Positions 1-11,870 of a DNA stretch of 64,000 nucleotides are shown here, piece by piece (position 1 is the first letter of the stretch; every line of letters begins with the position of its first letter). The notes under the pieces were generated by a model. It was not told the DNA's origin, ran no database searches, and was given only the letters and a program-made list of their open reading frames with translations. A program made the position numbers and the translations under genes. Source of the DNA: Camelus dromedarius (Eukaryota); assembly GCF_036321535.1 (NCBI RefSeq), contig NC_087437.1:40860001-40924000 (forward strand), read 5' to 3'.

Positions 1-405
1 CAGAGACAGTAGTGGAGCACCTTTTAAAGAACAGCAGAATCACCAATGTGCTTGATGGACTGGAGGACGGTATCAAGGTGCAAAAACACAAGCTTTCTTG
101 GACAACTCAACGGAAAAGTAATCCAGAAGAGTCAGACTCCAATAGGGAAGAGGTTTTCAGAACACCTTAATTAATTTATTTTGCTATTACTTTCCTTTCA
201 GTGTATATACAAAAATGGTATGTAACAAAAAGCTATATCTGTATGAGTCTAAGAATGCTCTTTTGATATGTGCACAATAAAAAGCTTAGTGATAAGAGGG
301 CATTGTGTCAGAATTTAACTGGCAATATTTGTTCAATTTTAGTGGTACATAAAGTAACGATTCAGTTTACAACTAGTGGCATCTTAGAGTCAATGAACTA
401 AGGTA
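1..405 (+). mobile_element. TcMar-Tc2 (Kanga/MER104-like) DNA transposon, 3' end
   Basis: Frame from base 3 reads ETVVEHLLKNSRITNVLDGLEDG, like the pogo/Tc2 transposase C-terminus (ETIVEHSFKKCCITNALDGTEDD). Ends in GCATCTTAGAGTCAATGAACTAAGG-TA, resembling the Tc2 TIR plus TA. Confidence 0.7.
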
Positions 406-886
406 AAAACACTGCCTGGTTTGCTACAAGAAATAAATGAGACAGTATGTGGGAGAATACCTGGCATGCAACAGTCATCCAGGATATGCTGAGTCTTACT
501 CTGAATTGGCAGTCAGAGACTCTTAGAGTTAGAAGTGACGGCAAAGGCCATTCTCCTGGAATGGTTATTTTCTTTGGCCAGTTACACTGGTGCCAAGTGC
601 ATCCACAGACCACTTGGAGGAGTTTCTCAAATGTAAATATCACATGACATCAATCCCCTGGCCACATGTGCCTGGGACAGAGCCTGGAGCAGCTGCTTAA
701 CCAGAACAGCCATCTCTGTGCTAGTGCTGACCTGGCACTGGAGCTTGGTCTGACAGATGTGCTCTATGGGGTGGCCACTGACTCTCTAGAAGAACAGACT
801 CAGCCAACAGTAGAGTGGAGAGGAATCCAGGGGACCCACCAGACAGTAGAAGCCTTGAACAAGAAGAACTGCAAAGAAGCAGAGCC

Positions 887-1797
887 CAATAGAGACCTGA
901 ATAGACATTTTTCCAAAGGAGGCATTCAGATGGCCACCAGCAGACACATGAAAAGATCACTAATCATCAGATGAATTCAAATCAAAACCACAATGAGATA
1001 TCACCTCATACATGTCAAAATGGCTATCATCAAAAAGACCACAAAATAACAAATGTTGGAGAGGATGTGGAGAAAAAGGAACCCTTGTATACTGTTAGTG
1101 GGAATGTAAATTGCTGCAGCCACTATCAAAAACAGTATGGAGGTTCCTTAAAAAACTAAAAATAGAACTACCATATAATCCAGCAATCCCACTCCTGGGT
1201 ATATATCCAAAGCAAATGAAAACACTAATTTGAAAAGACACATGCACCCCAATGTTCACAGCAGCACTATTTGCAGTATCTAAGATACAGAAGCAACTCA
1301 AGAGTCCATCAACAGATGAGTGGATAAAGAAGATGTGGTACATGTATGCAATGGAATATTACTCAGCCATAAAAAGAATGAACTTTTGTTCATTTGCAAC
1401 AGCATGGATGGACCTAGAGGGTATTACGTTTAGTGAAATAAGTCAGAGAAAGAAAAATATTGTATGTTATCAGTTATATGTGGAATCTAAAAAGTAAAAC
1501 AAACAAATTAATATAATGAAATAGAAACAGACTCACAAACATAGAGAACAAACAAGTGATTACCAGTGGGGAGAGGGGAGAAGGGAGGGGCAAAATAGGG
1601 CAGGGGGATTAAGAGGTGCAAAGTATTATGTATAAAATAAATAAGCTACAAGGATATTTTGTACAGCACAGGGACTATAGCCAGTATTTTATAATAACTT
1701 GTGAAGTATAATCTATTAAAAAATTTGAATCATATTGTACACCTAAAAAACAATATAATATTGTAAATCAACTATGCTTCAATAAAAACAAATTTAA
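887..1797 (+). mobile_element. 5'-truncated LINE-1 (ORF2 C-terminus, 3' UTR, A-tail)
   Basis: ORF 1252-1497 [11 protein letters not shown]...[27 protein letters not shown] is the L1 ORF2 C-terminus; AATAAA tail; TSD AAAGAAGCAGAGCC (873-886) / AAAGAAGCAAAGCC (1798-1811). Confidence 0.95.
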
Positions 1798-2999
1798 AAA
1801 GAAGCAAAGCCAAAGAAACAAAGTATCAGAGGAATAAGAAAAACAGGAAGAGAAAGAAACAGAGATGGAGGCGATCTGAAAAAGCTGGGTTCACTCCAAT
1901 CCAATCTAGAGCTGGGATTCAGTGTAACCCATTTCTCAATTTCCCATTACTTACAAGATTTTTTTTACAAGGAATAAAGATACTTTTTAGCTGGTTCTTT
2001 ATAACTCTCTTTCCTTGTCAATGGATTCACTGGTCTTGTTCCTTAAAACATCTTTAAAACATCTACAGAGATTAAGTTTGTAGCCAATTCCAATGCCTAG
2101 GGCAATTAAAATAATGAGAACATTTCCATATCTGCATTTCACAATAGCCACAAAGACACTGTCCAGATTGCATTTAATTTTCAGCAAATTGTCTAAGGCA
2201 ATGATTCTTTTGCTTATGAATTTTGGGAAATGGTAATTTCCCTTAATGTATGACATACTTATTATAGTTAAAAGCGTATAAATTTTGTTCTTAGTTTAAG
2301 TTTCCAAAAGCACAATCTGTATTATGTTGATGCTACATTTTATAATTTATGTAACACATTTATAATTAAATCTATGTACTCTTTGTATATGTAACTCTAT
2401 ATTTTAATATAATTATATATATATATATATGTAATGTACATGCATCTGAATATCAGGGAGGAGGACGCTACCCCACTGAGTAATACCATGTTCCAGGCAC
2501 TAAGCTAGGTATTTTATACTTTTTACTTCAGTCTTCACAAAAGCGGTTAGAGGTAAATTCACCTTTTATAACAACATTAGTAGTCACCTTTATTTCTGGA
2601 AAATTGTTGCCCAGGTGTTTTAGAAGCCATTTCTAAGGAACAGAAAGTTTGTCACATTCTTAACGTGAATACCATCCTTTGTAGCTGTCCCTCGCTGGCC
2701 AGGAAATAAGTAAACTGAAGCCAGTGAAGAGGTCTTTTGAGTTATTGTAACAATTTACTTAATTCTGAGCAGGACTAAAATGGAACCAATTACCTGGAGA
2801 AGGAAGGTGCAATATATCAACTCCTGGCATCATTCAACTACCTATTTCCTTCTAGTTCTATACTTTCAAGTGTGTGTTTGCTTAGGCTTTAAATAGTTCT
2901 GCTGTTCCGAACCCATTTAGGTTTCCTTTACGCAGGGACACGTAATAGTAAAAGATGTGCAAAGTTCTGTTGGGATAGTAAGGGATGGGGGGACAGTCA

Positions 3000-3700
3000 A
3001 GCATGGATCGGAATATAATACATATTTCTTGCCTTCAGGAAACTTTAGTCAGGTGGAGAACAGATACTTACAGAGGAAAATAGCTATTAATTCAAGGCAG
3101 GCTTTGATATGGTATATGAAGGCTTAAAGCAATAAATTAGCCCTGTGAGTATATAGAGGAAGGGAAAGATGTCAGTCAGGGTCTTGGCAGGAAGCAGGAA
3201 ATTTGAGGAGACTTTAATTCTTTAAACAGGCTATTTACAGCAGTGAGTGTTGGAGGAGGAAATCCACAGAGAGAGATCAGGATCTGGGGAGGAAGGGAGC
3301 CAGTCCACGGCACTCCCTTCTCGGGTCAGGAGGAGGCTGGAGAGGGTGGAAAGTGAATCTGGAGGGGCAAACAGAAGACACTAGCCCTGAAAGAACTACC
3401 AGGTCCTGGAATGTTCTGACAAAGGCTCGAGGAGATAAGCTGGACCTCAGCTTTGAAAGAATGGAAGTTGGACATAGTGATGTAAGAAAAGGCTGAGGAC
3501 ACCACATGCAGAGTGAACACAGGACATAAAGGGTCAGACATGGGAAGATGCACACTTTGCGGTGACAGGGAGGGAAGAAGTGGGGCACAGATTACAAAAT
3601 AGTTTGGAGCCAAATTATGAAGGCCTTGAATACCAAGCCAAGGAGTTTGTACCTGATCCTGAGAACAACAGCCGGTGAATGTTTTAAAGTCAATAATGAA
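3000..3700 (-). mobile_element. Degenerate L2 fragment(s), possibly interrupted by an LTR piece
   Basis: Purine-rich L2-antisense motifs such as GGCCTTGAATACCAAGCCAAGGAGTTTGTACCTGATCCTG. Confidence 0.55.
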
Positions 3701-4154
3701 CCTACAATGAAAAAGAATGAAAAAATATGAAAAGGAATACATGACTATACTTCAATTTTTTTTTAAATGGAAAAGAATAAAATCAGTAATGAAGCTAGCA
3801 TCTTAGAAGAGTGACTCTACATCAGTGAGAAAACCAGTTTGGAAGAAAAAGGCACAAGTGGCAGGATGTTCAGCTTAGATGTGCTAGTCTGACATGAGGT
3901 AATGGAGGGCAGTGGGACGGAGAAGGGGAAGAAACAGGTATGGGACGTAACACTGGAAGACACGGGCCTCTTAAAGGCAAGGCTGAAAATCTGCTTCTGG
4001 GATGTTCTTCCCTCCCAAAAGGCGATCCTGATTGAAATGCACCATCTGTGAGCGAGGACAAATGCCCCGTGTGAGCTGACCAAGTGCCCCTCAGGTCAAA
4101 CTCTCACCAAGATAGGGCTGGTTGGGGTGTGAAAAGGGCGTGACCGGATGGAGA

Positions 4155-4310
4155 AGATGTGGTTTGAATCACTGCTCTGCCAGGTGTGGGCTAGATGTCC
4201 TTCAGCAAATGACTTGGACCCTCTGAGCCTCCGACTCATGACCTCAAAGTGAGATACTAATATCTTTGCCTAAGGAGGTTGTAGGAATTCATTCAGTGAG
4301 ATTTGTGGAT
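4155..4310 (+). mobile_element. MIR SINE
   Basis: GGTTTGAATC...CAAATGACTT..CCTCTGAGCCTC...GGTTGTAGGAATT core motifs. Confidence 0.6.
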
Positions 4311-5399
4311 TGCAGAGAACCACACTGGGGTGAGGACTACATGGGGGTGAGGGTTAGGGATACTGTTAGGCTGGATTCCTCTGAAGATCTTGTCTGTCTG
4401 AGCAGGGCAAGTGGAAAGCAGCAGGCTCTTGCCAAAACATTAAATTAAGTCCCCATTCCCTTTCTTGCCAAAGCTGCTGGGTGATCAGATTTGACTGATT
4501 ATTATAAGCCTCAGCCTCCCAATTATCCCTCCAGTACTGGGGAAGGCAGTACATTTTATCTGACAAGGTGTGGTTTTTTTTTTTTTTTAAACCTTGATTT
4601 ATTTTCATTCTCCCAGCCCATGACCCCAAAAGGTGTTTTCCTGTTGTTTCCCTGAGCTTGTCACTATTGCTAGTTTTGGCTGAAGAAAATTTCGCCCAAT
4701 GCCTGGTACTCTTTGGTCTGGGTATTTAGCAACATGCCAAGATGTAGATTAAAGCAGTGAGTCCATTTGAATATAATGGATGTGAAATGTGGTTATTTTT
4801 ACATCCTTGAGGTTTGTATGCAAATGCCTCTATGGGTTCCCCAATGAAAATACTGCTTTCGATTTTAAGCAATTTTTACAAATAGTTTATTTTCTTTCCT
4901 CCAGACAGTGCCTACAAATCTAATAATAGCTATCAATAACAAGACACACTGAGATGTACACATCAAGTAACTAGGTAGTCACCCTCACCAGCTAAAGCTC
5001 AAAACCATTGAGCCCAAATTCATGCTTTCACGAAGTACAAATGACCTCCTGCCATGGAATTCTGTGATTGGCTTTGAATAATTGAAACCGTGACTTTAAT
5101 ACCTCTAAGGCCAGGGATCCCCTTTAGCTGATCCCAATGACTTGGCAATAATTTGGGGGTAGAAATGCAGAAAGTGGTAGTTTATAATAGAAAATCTGAG
5201 TCTCACTGCCCTGATTTTTTTTGTAGTCCTCAATGACTGAACTTTTTACTCAACACTTATTCATAAGCATTAATGAAGCCCCTGCTAAACCCACGGCACT
5301 GTGCTGGATGCTTGAGGAGAAAGGCAAAGACTTATGAGATATGGCTCCTCTCCTCTAAGGGCTTACCGGGGACATTAGACCCAGGTAGTACCAATGAGT

Positions 5400-7840
5400 G
5401 ACTGTCCTACCCTCATATAGTCATACCCTCAATGTGGCCATTCTGTGCATCCCACTCTAAGACCAACTGACCCTATCTTTTCAGACCGCTTTCTCTAACA
5501 TTCAAGCTGCAACAATTCTTCAGCCTCACCAGGTTGACTCCATCCCTGTCACTGTCTCTCACCCCTCCAGGTTCTGTACTCCCCCCACCTTCTACTCAGC
5601 TCACACTCCATGGTCTGTCATTAACAACTGCTCACTTCTATTCCCTGTCCTTCTTCACATTCCCTTAAAGTCACTTTTCCTTCTTTTCTTTCATGGCATC
5701 AGCTTGGTAAAACCATGCTTAAATTCAGCTCCCCTCCTAGTCTTCACCTGTACCCAGCAGCTGATTGTGGCTGGAGACAATTTCCACAACAGCAAATCTC
5801 ATTTTAAGTTCATGACTCCCGGTGTCAGGCGGTCCGTAGAGCTGCTGTCAGTCCTTCTCCATTGTCAAGATCCATTCCATCCTCAACTTCCTTAGGTAAC
5901 TATTTTTCACGTTCTTCTCTCTTCAAACCTCCAGCATCTCCTCCATTCTTTCACCGCTTTCTATTCCACTGGAGGGAAAAAACAGAAGCTCTCAGAAGAG
6001 AATTCCCCTATTCTCCCAACACCCACTTCTCCCAGCTAACTCTATCTGTGCATAAATGCCGTCCTCCCCTTCTTGTTGCTCTGGATGATCTAGCTGGGTT
6101 CCTATCTAAAGCCAAGTTCTGGGCGCGAGGTATAGCTCAGTGGTAGAGTGCACATTTAGCATGCACAGGGTCCTGGGTTCAATCCCCAGTACCTCCATTA
6201 AATAAATAAAAAAAACTAATTACCCCTCAGAAAAACCCACAAACAAAAAAATGTAATAAAAATTTGTTGTAAAATCCAAATTCCTCCACTGTGTACCTGT
6301 TCATGAATATATTTCCAGCAGTTATCTCTTCTTTCCTGATCAACAGTATGTTCCATTGGGTCATTCCCAGAAGCATATAAACATGCTGAATTACCACGTA
6401 TATAACAAAAATAAAGCAAAATCTGCCTTGACCTCACTTTCCCCTGTAGCTACTGGTTTGCTTTACCGAAAATCTCCTTGAATGAGCCTTCTGGACCCAG
6501 TAATTCCCATTCCTCTCTCCAGTGTCTTTCCTAAATACACCTCAGGCTTTCATTCTCAAAACTGCTCCTTGCAAACTGCTCTTATCAAGATCTTCAGCCA
6601 CCTCCACCGTCCCAGATGCAACAGCCGATTCTCAGCCTTCACTTTGTTCATCTTATTGGCAGCATTTTACACGGCTGATCACTGCCTCCTTCTTCAGCAC
6701 TCCCATCGCTTGGCTTCCAGGACACCACTCTCAGCCCTCCTCCCTGGTTGTTCCTTCTCTGTCTCCTTTCCTTGTTCCTCCTCATTTTCCCCAAGCCCTG
6801 AACACTCTTTCTCACAGCTTTAAATTTCCTTCTGTGCTTTTTACCCCCAAATTTGTATTTCAAGCCTAGACTTCTCCCTCTAACTCCAGACTCACGTATC
6901 CATCTGCCTAATGGATCGCCACTTGGGTATGGAATAGATAGCTCACCAGATGCCAGAGTGAACATGATTCTCCCTCAGCCCCAAATCTACTCCTCCCAGT
7001 CCCCCCATCCTCCCAGTCATTAAGACCAAAGACTTTGGAATCATTCTTGACTCCTTTCTTTCTTTCTTTCCCATCACATTCTCAATCTATCAGAAAATCT
7101 TTTTTATTCTTTCTTCAAAATCAGTCCAGACTCCACTTTTCATCACTTCATTATTACCATCTTGTCTAAGCTACCATTGTCTCTCACTTCTTTCTGAAAA
7201 AGTCCCTTACTTTCTCTCTCCTTCTGTCCTTATTCCTCTGAAATCTATTTTTCAACACAGCATATGGAATGAGCCTTTTAAAAATATAAGTAAAAGAATG
7301 TAACTTCTTTGCTCAAAACCCTCCTGTGGAATCCCAACTCACTCAGACTGAAAATTAGAGTCCTTCCCATCAACTACCAGATCATACCTTCCTGACCTTA
7401 TCTCCCACCACTCTCCCTGGCTTACTCTGCTCAGCCACACAAGTGTCCTTCCTAGAACATGCCAAGCTATCTCCTGCCTCAGGGCCTTTGCACTGGCTAT
7501 GCCCTTTACCCTGAGATGTCATCCCACAGGTTTCTCATGGCTCACTCTCTCTACTCCATTATTACCTCAGTGAGGCCTTTCTTGACCACCTGATATATAA
7601 TAATAACCTTCCCACTCTGGTACTCCCTTTTCTTGTCCTGTTTTATTTTTCTTCGTAGCACTTATCATTATTTGACTTACTGCATATTTATTTACTTATT
7701 TATTAATTATCCTACTCTTCCTACTATAAGTTCAGTGAGAGCAAGACTTTGTTCACAGCTCTATTTCCAGCACCTAGAACAGTGACTGGTACAGAGGAAG
7801 TACTCCAGAAATACTTCTTGAATAAATGAATGAATTAATT
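5400..7840 (+). mobile_element. Long L2 (L2a-like) LINE remnant interrupted by a SINE
   Basis: Pyrimidine-rich L2 body (CCTCAGGGCCTTTGCACTGGCT, CCAGCACCTAGAACAGTG) ending in the TGAATAAATGAATGAAT 3' repeat. Confidence 0.85.
6121..6270 (+). mobile_element. tRNA-Ala-derived camelid SINE (Vic-1 type)
   Basis: GGTATAGCTCAGTGGTAGAG (A box), GGTTCAATCCC (B box), A-rich tail, degenerate TSD (AAAGCCAAGTTC / AAATCCAAATTC). Confidence 0.9.
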
Positions 7841-8034
7841 AATAAATTCAAAAATGCACATCCGTAACCTTTACTGCTGTTTTAGACAAGGTAGAGTATC
7901 ACACACTGAAGTCGGAGAAGACTTTGATGAGATAGTAAATCTAGACACTGAGGGATGGGGAGAATTTCGATAGGGTTAGGAAAGCATTCAGCTGACAAGC
8001 AGCTAAAAACTAAGCATTGAATAAAGAAAACTTC

Positions 8035-8250
8035 AACAACGTATCTTGAGCATCTACTACGTATGCCAAGTACTTTAAGCTCATTATCTTATATTATCCT
8101 CATGATCACTATAGCCAAGAGCTACTATTGCATCCATTTTGTAAATAAGGAAACTTTGTTGCAGGGATTTAAAAAACAGCTTTCCCCAGAATCTATAACT
8201 AATAAGTTGCAAGCCATCTTTGCAGTTGAGGTTGAACTGAATCCAGAGCC
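8035..8250 (-). mobile_element. MIR SINE
   Basis: GAGCATCTACTACGTATGCCAAG...CCATTTTGTAAATAAGGAAACT antisense MIR core. Confidence 0.65.
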
Positions 8251-8992
8251 TATTCTCTTTCTCTTTTCATTTCTTTATGATCGTCACTATTACTGGTGTT
8301 ATCCAAGCTCCTACTCTCTCCACCTAAAATGCTCCCTCCCGCACTATGTGATGAATTATGACCCTTGTTGGGGCTCAATTAGGTGATACATCAGAAATGG
8401 AGGTACTAACAAATGGATGGGATTCTCAAATCCTTCTCATTAACCTAATGGAAGTTAAACTGCTCTGAGTTTACTTGTGTTGGTGGCAGCGTAGAATTTC
8501 AGCATCGTGGCTGGCACTATCCACTTCTCTTGTGGTCATCTCTGCGTGAAACGTCTGTCCATTTATTTCTTTGCTGAGGCTGAATGGAATATTCCATCAT
8601 TGGAAAATAAAGCTTCAAGTCTAAAATTGAAATCTTTATTCCTATTTGATGAATTGGCAAAATCCTTAACAATTTGGAAGGAAGTGCTGTTTTTGCTGCC
8701 ATCAGCTACAAAGTGCTGGATGCTCACAGTGCAGTTTATCAGATTTACATAGATTCCAGGTGAATCTGATCCAGGAGCTACAAAAAGTGCGTATTAAGCT
8801 AATTGTTATTCTATCCTCTCTCCCCCAATATCTCTGATATGGAAAAAGCAATGGAATCTGAATAGAATCAGGAATTAAAATGTGGCTTTGTTCACCACTG
8901 AAATTCATGGGACTGCCAGGGAGGGGAGAAGGGAAATTTTTTGTTGTCTTTTCCAAAACCCATTATCTTCAGAATAACGTTAAAAATTTTTT

Positions 8993-9410
8993 TTTGGTCA
9001 GTTTTGCTGTGGCAACAAACAACCCCAACATTTCAGTTACAACAGCAAAAATTTCTTTCTTACTTACATTACAAGTTAGTCATGGGGCATTGTGGGGTCA
9101 ACTATGGTTCTGCTACAAGGGTCATTCCAGAACTCAGCTAAAGAAGCAGGTCCTCTATGGGATAAGCCATTCTGGTGCAGAACAAAAAAAGCAAGGGATA
9201 CGTTGGAAACAAAGAATGGCTCCTAAGGCTTCCATGGCGTATGTGATTTACATGTCATGGCAGAAGCAAGTCACACGACCAAGTCCAGTGTCAGTGGGGC
9301 AGAAATGTAAACTCCCGCTGGAGGCACTGAAACCACACGGCAGTGACTGGAGGTGTGTGCTTCTGTTACAGGAAGAGTGGAGAGCTGGGAACCATAATCA
9401 CGTCTACCAC
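8993..9410 (-). mobile_element. Old MaLR LTR (MLT1J/K-like)
   Basis: TGCTGTGGCAACAAACAACCCCAACATTTCAG...AAGCAAGTCACACGACCAAGTCC...TCTACCACA. Confidence 0.65.
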
Positions 9411-9870
9411 ACATTTCTTATCCTAGCATTCAAAACTCCATGTGAGAGCCAGCTTCATGTCCCTCCACGTCCCTTATTTTGCCTCTGCTCTGGTCACATA
9501 AGCTGGTCCCGTCTCCCCTAAACACCATATGCCCTCACACTTCCACATCTGTTTCCTTAGCTAGAAAGGCAATTCCCTCCATTTTCCACCAGCTGAAGTT
9601 GCTCTCAGCCTGTAACGTCCAGCTCAAATTTCATCTACTTTATAAAGCTTCTCTCGATTCCCCAGCTGAAATGAAACACTTTTCCCTTAGAGTTAGTAGG
9701 GCAGGCTGGTTGTACCTCTTTCCAGCTTTAATTTTAATCTTCCTTGGTAAGTCTGGATAAAAAAGCTCCTGGAGGGCAGAACCCAGGAATTCTGTTATGT
9801 TGGAATTCCTCTCCAGCTTCTTTGAGGTCAGAGTCTTGACCATAATAGATGCTTAATAAATTCCACTGGA
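9411..9870 (+). mobile_element. L2 3' fragment
   Basis: CCAGCTCAAATTTCATCT, AAGCTCCTGGAGGGCAG, GATGCTTAATAAAT L2 3' motifs. Confidence 0.65.
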
Positions 9871-10005
9871 CGACTAAAAACCTACATATTCACTGTCAAG
9901 CTTACCCATAATGTGAAATTCTAAGTCTTTTCTCTAGGAGGCATATGTAGACAATTCACACAGAGGACTCTTAGGGGAACTTTCCTCAGTCAGAAACAGT
10001 CATGG

Positions 10006-10172
10006 ACACTTAACTCAGCAGGCAAGATACCAGACTCACTAAGGTGGTTTTCCCAGGGCGAGCCTCATACGTTGCACTCTGGATGTGCTGACCCCAAGGA
10101 TTTCCCCAAATGTGGGGAGCTTAACTGAATAATTGGTGATAGTGAGGGACTATCTGTTCACACTCTCCCCTG
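10006..10172 (+). pseudogene. RNU1: Full-length U1 snRNA processed pseudogene (retrocopy)
   Basis: Colinear with U1 (AAGGTGGTTTTCCCAGGGCGAG, TTGCACTCTGGATGTGCTGACCCC, GATTTCCCCAAATGTGGG, TCCCCTG). Followed by an A-run; perfect TSD AGAAACAGTCATGG at 9992-10005 and 10183-10196. Confidence 0.95.
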
Positions 10173-10237
10173 GGAAAAAAAAAGAAACAGTCATGGAGAT
10201 GATCCTGTTGGTTCCATGATCTAGACTCTACCAGTCT

Positions 10238-10261
10238 TGTGTGCATGTGTGCGTGTGTGCG

Positions 10262-10299
<38 letters not shown>
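10238..10299. repeat. (TG)n microsatellite, imperfect 5' part
   Basis: Direct reading of the sequence. Confidence 0.95.
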
Positions 10300-10300
<1 letters not shown>

Positions 10301-10549
10301 TCTCTAACTTCCCACCAATAAGGCATTGTGGGCACCCTATTTTCACAGCAACATTGCTTCCCTTGCCAGTGATTGCTGCATTGAGAAGTGGTGTTTCTTT
10401 CCTTCTTTTTCATTGCAATATTGTCTTCTCACATTGGCATTCTACATCATGCCCTTGTCCATGGCCACTCAGTAGGAGGGGTGGTAGGGAAAGGGTGGGC
10501 CACTGGAGAGAGGCTGCAGATGCAATAGAAAGAGAAGGAGCTTACAGCC

Positions 10550-10760
10550 AGAGAATCTGAGTTAGATCTCACCTCCGCTCCGTACTATCTTTGTGGCCTT
10601 AGGCGAGTCACTTGACTCCACTGTCCCTTCAATTTTCTTATTTGTTTAAAAAAAAAAAAAAAAAGAAAAGAAAAGGAGACAATTAGAAAGATAGAAAAGG
10701 GTGTAAGGATATTGTTCAAGCACTAAAGTGTGAATAGAGCCTAGTAGCACGTCACAGGAG
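10550..10760 (+). mobile_element. MIR SINE with internal A-run expansion
   Basis: TGTGGCCTTAGGCGAGTCACTTGAC core; A-run 10648-10674 where the consensus has TGTAAAATG. Confidence 0.65.
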
Positions 10761-11393
10761 CCCAGTATCTTTGTGGCATGTTTTGTGCTTAAATAAGCCG
10801 TGCTGTAAGAGTCCCTTGGTCCATAAGGGATTACTAGCACTCTTGGTGTCATTATCTAAATGGTCTTGATGTGTTGCCAGAAGGAAAGAGTCCCTTGGTT
10901 CCCAAACAGCTTCTTCAGCCTCATCCCATCTGTTTATCCTGAGCCTTAATAAATCCATGAGTGAAAGGAGTGTTTTCAAACTTGATGATTCTCATCCTGT
11001 CTCATGTGAAAAATCAAGGATAATAACCCTACCTTTCTGGTTCCTGGGGAGAAAGCCAGACTTTACCAGGAAGTTGGGAAGGCACTTACAGTCTCCTGAC
11101 TTTCCAGGTCACTTATGCGACAGCTGCCCACTCCACTTCATGGTCAACATATGAAACATCCATGATCAGAGACCTGGACTCTCACTGTCAAACATGCTCT
11201 TTTCTTCTTTTACCCAATAAATGTGCTGAATTTTATGAAAGAAGTCTGCAACGTCCTTTGAAGGGGTAGACATTGTATGCAAAACTTTGTTCTTCTGTCC
11301 TGAGTGGGCAGAAAGTATTGGTTTTATCAGATTTCACAGGAGTCTAGAGATGCCCATTTTCAACAACTCTCTCCATTTTTTGTTCATAGTAAT

Positions 11394-11870
11394 TGTATAA
11401 GTCAGGGTTGTCCAGAGAAAAATAGAGAGAAAGAGAGCCAATAGGATGTGGCATATATATTGGTTCTCTTGCTCTATATAGGTTATTATAGATAGAGGGA
11501 GAGAAAGAGAAACAGAGACAGAGTTATTTAAGGAATTGGCTCACACAGTTATGGAGGTTTGATGAGTCCAAAATCTCATGGGGTGGTCTGGCAGGCTGGA
11601 GACTCAGGGAAGAGTTGCAGTTCAAGTCCAAAGGGAGTCTTCAGGCAGAATTCCTTTTTGCTTGGGGGAGGTCAGTCTTTGTTCTATTAAGATCTTCAGC
11701 TGATTGGACGAGGCCCACCCCCGTTATGGAAAGTAATCGGCTTTACTCAAAGTCCATCCATGTAAATGTTAATCTCATCCAAAAACACCTTCAAAGAAAC
11801 ATCCAGAATAATGTCTAACCAAATATCTAGGTACCGTGGCCTCACTAAGTTGACACGTAAAATTATCACA
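11394..11870 (-). mobile_element. ERVL solo LTR (MLT2B/C-like)
   Basis: TG...CA ends; AAGGAATTGGCTCACAC, GGCAGGCTGGAGACTCAGGGAAGAG, CTGATTGGACGAGGCCCACC; perfect 5-bp TSD GTAAT (11389-11393 / 11871-11875). Confidence 0.9.

Noticed and set aside
1252..1497. ORFs with recognisable protein similarity (also 33897-34277, 41766-42224)
   Set aside because: C-terminal fragments of 5'-truncated L1 ORF2; not host CDS.
6121..6197. tRNA-Ala(AGC)-like genes (also at 36402, 38922, 58041)
   Set aside because: Each is followed by the same SINE body and A-rich tail and is flanked by TSDs; these are SINE heads, not tRNA genes.
8880..9521. Longest ORF (213 aa)
   Set aside because: Runs antisense through a MaLR LTR into L2; no recognisable domain; likely a chance ORF.
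10228..10560. ORFs with HT/CV repeats (also 30196-30480, 55364-55639)
   Set aside because: Translation artefacts of (TG)n/(TA)n microsatellites.
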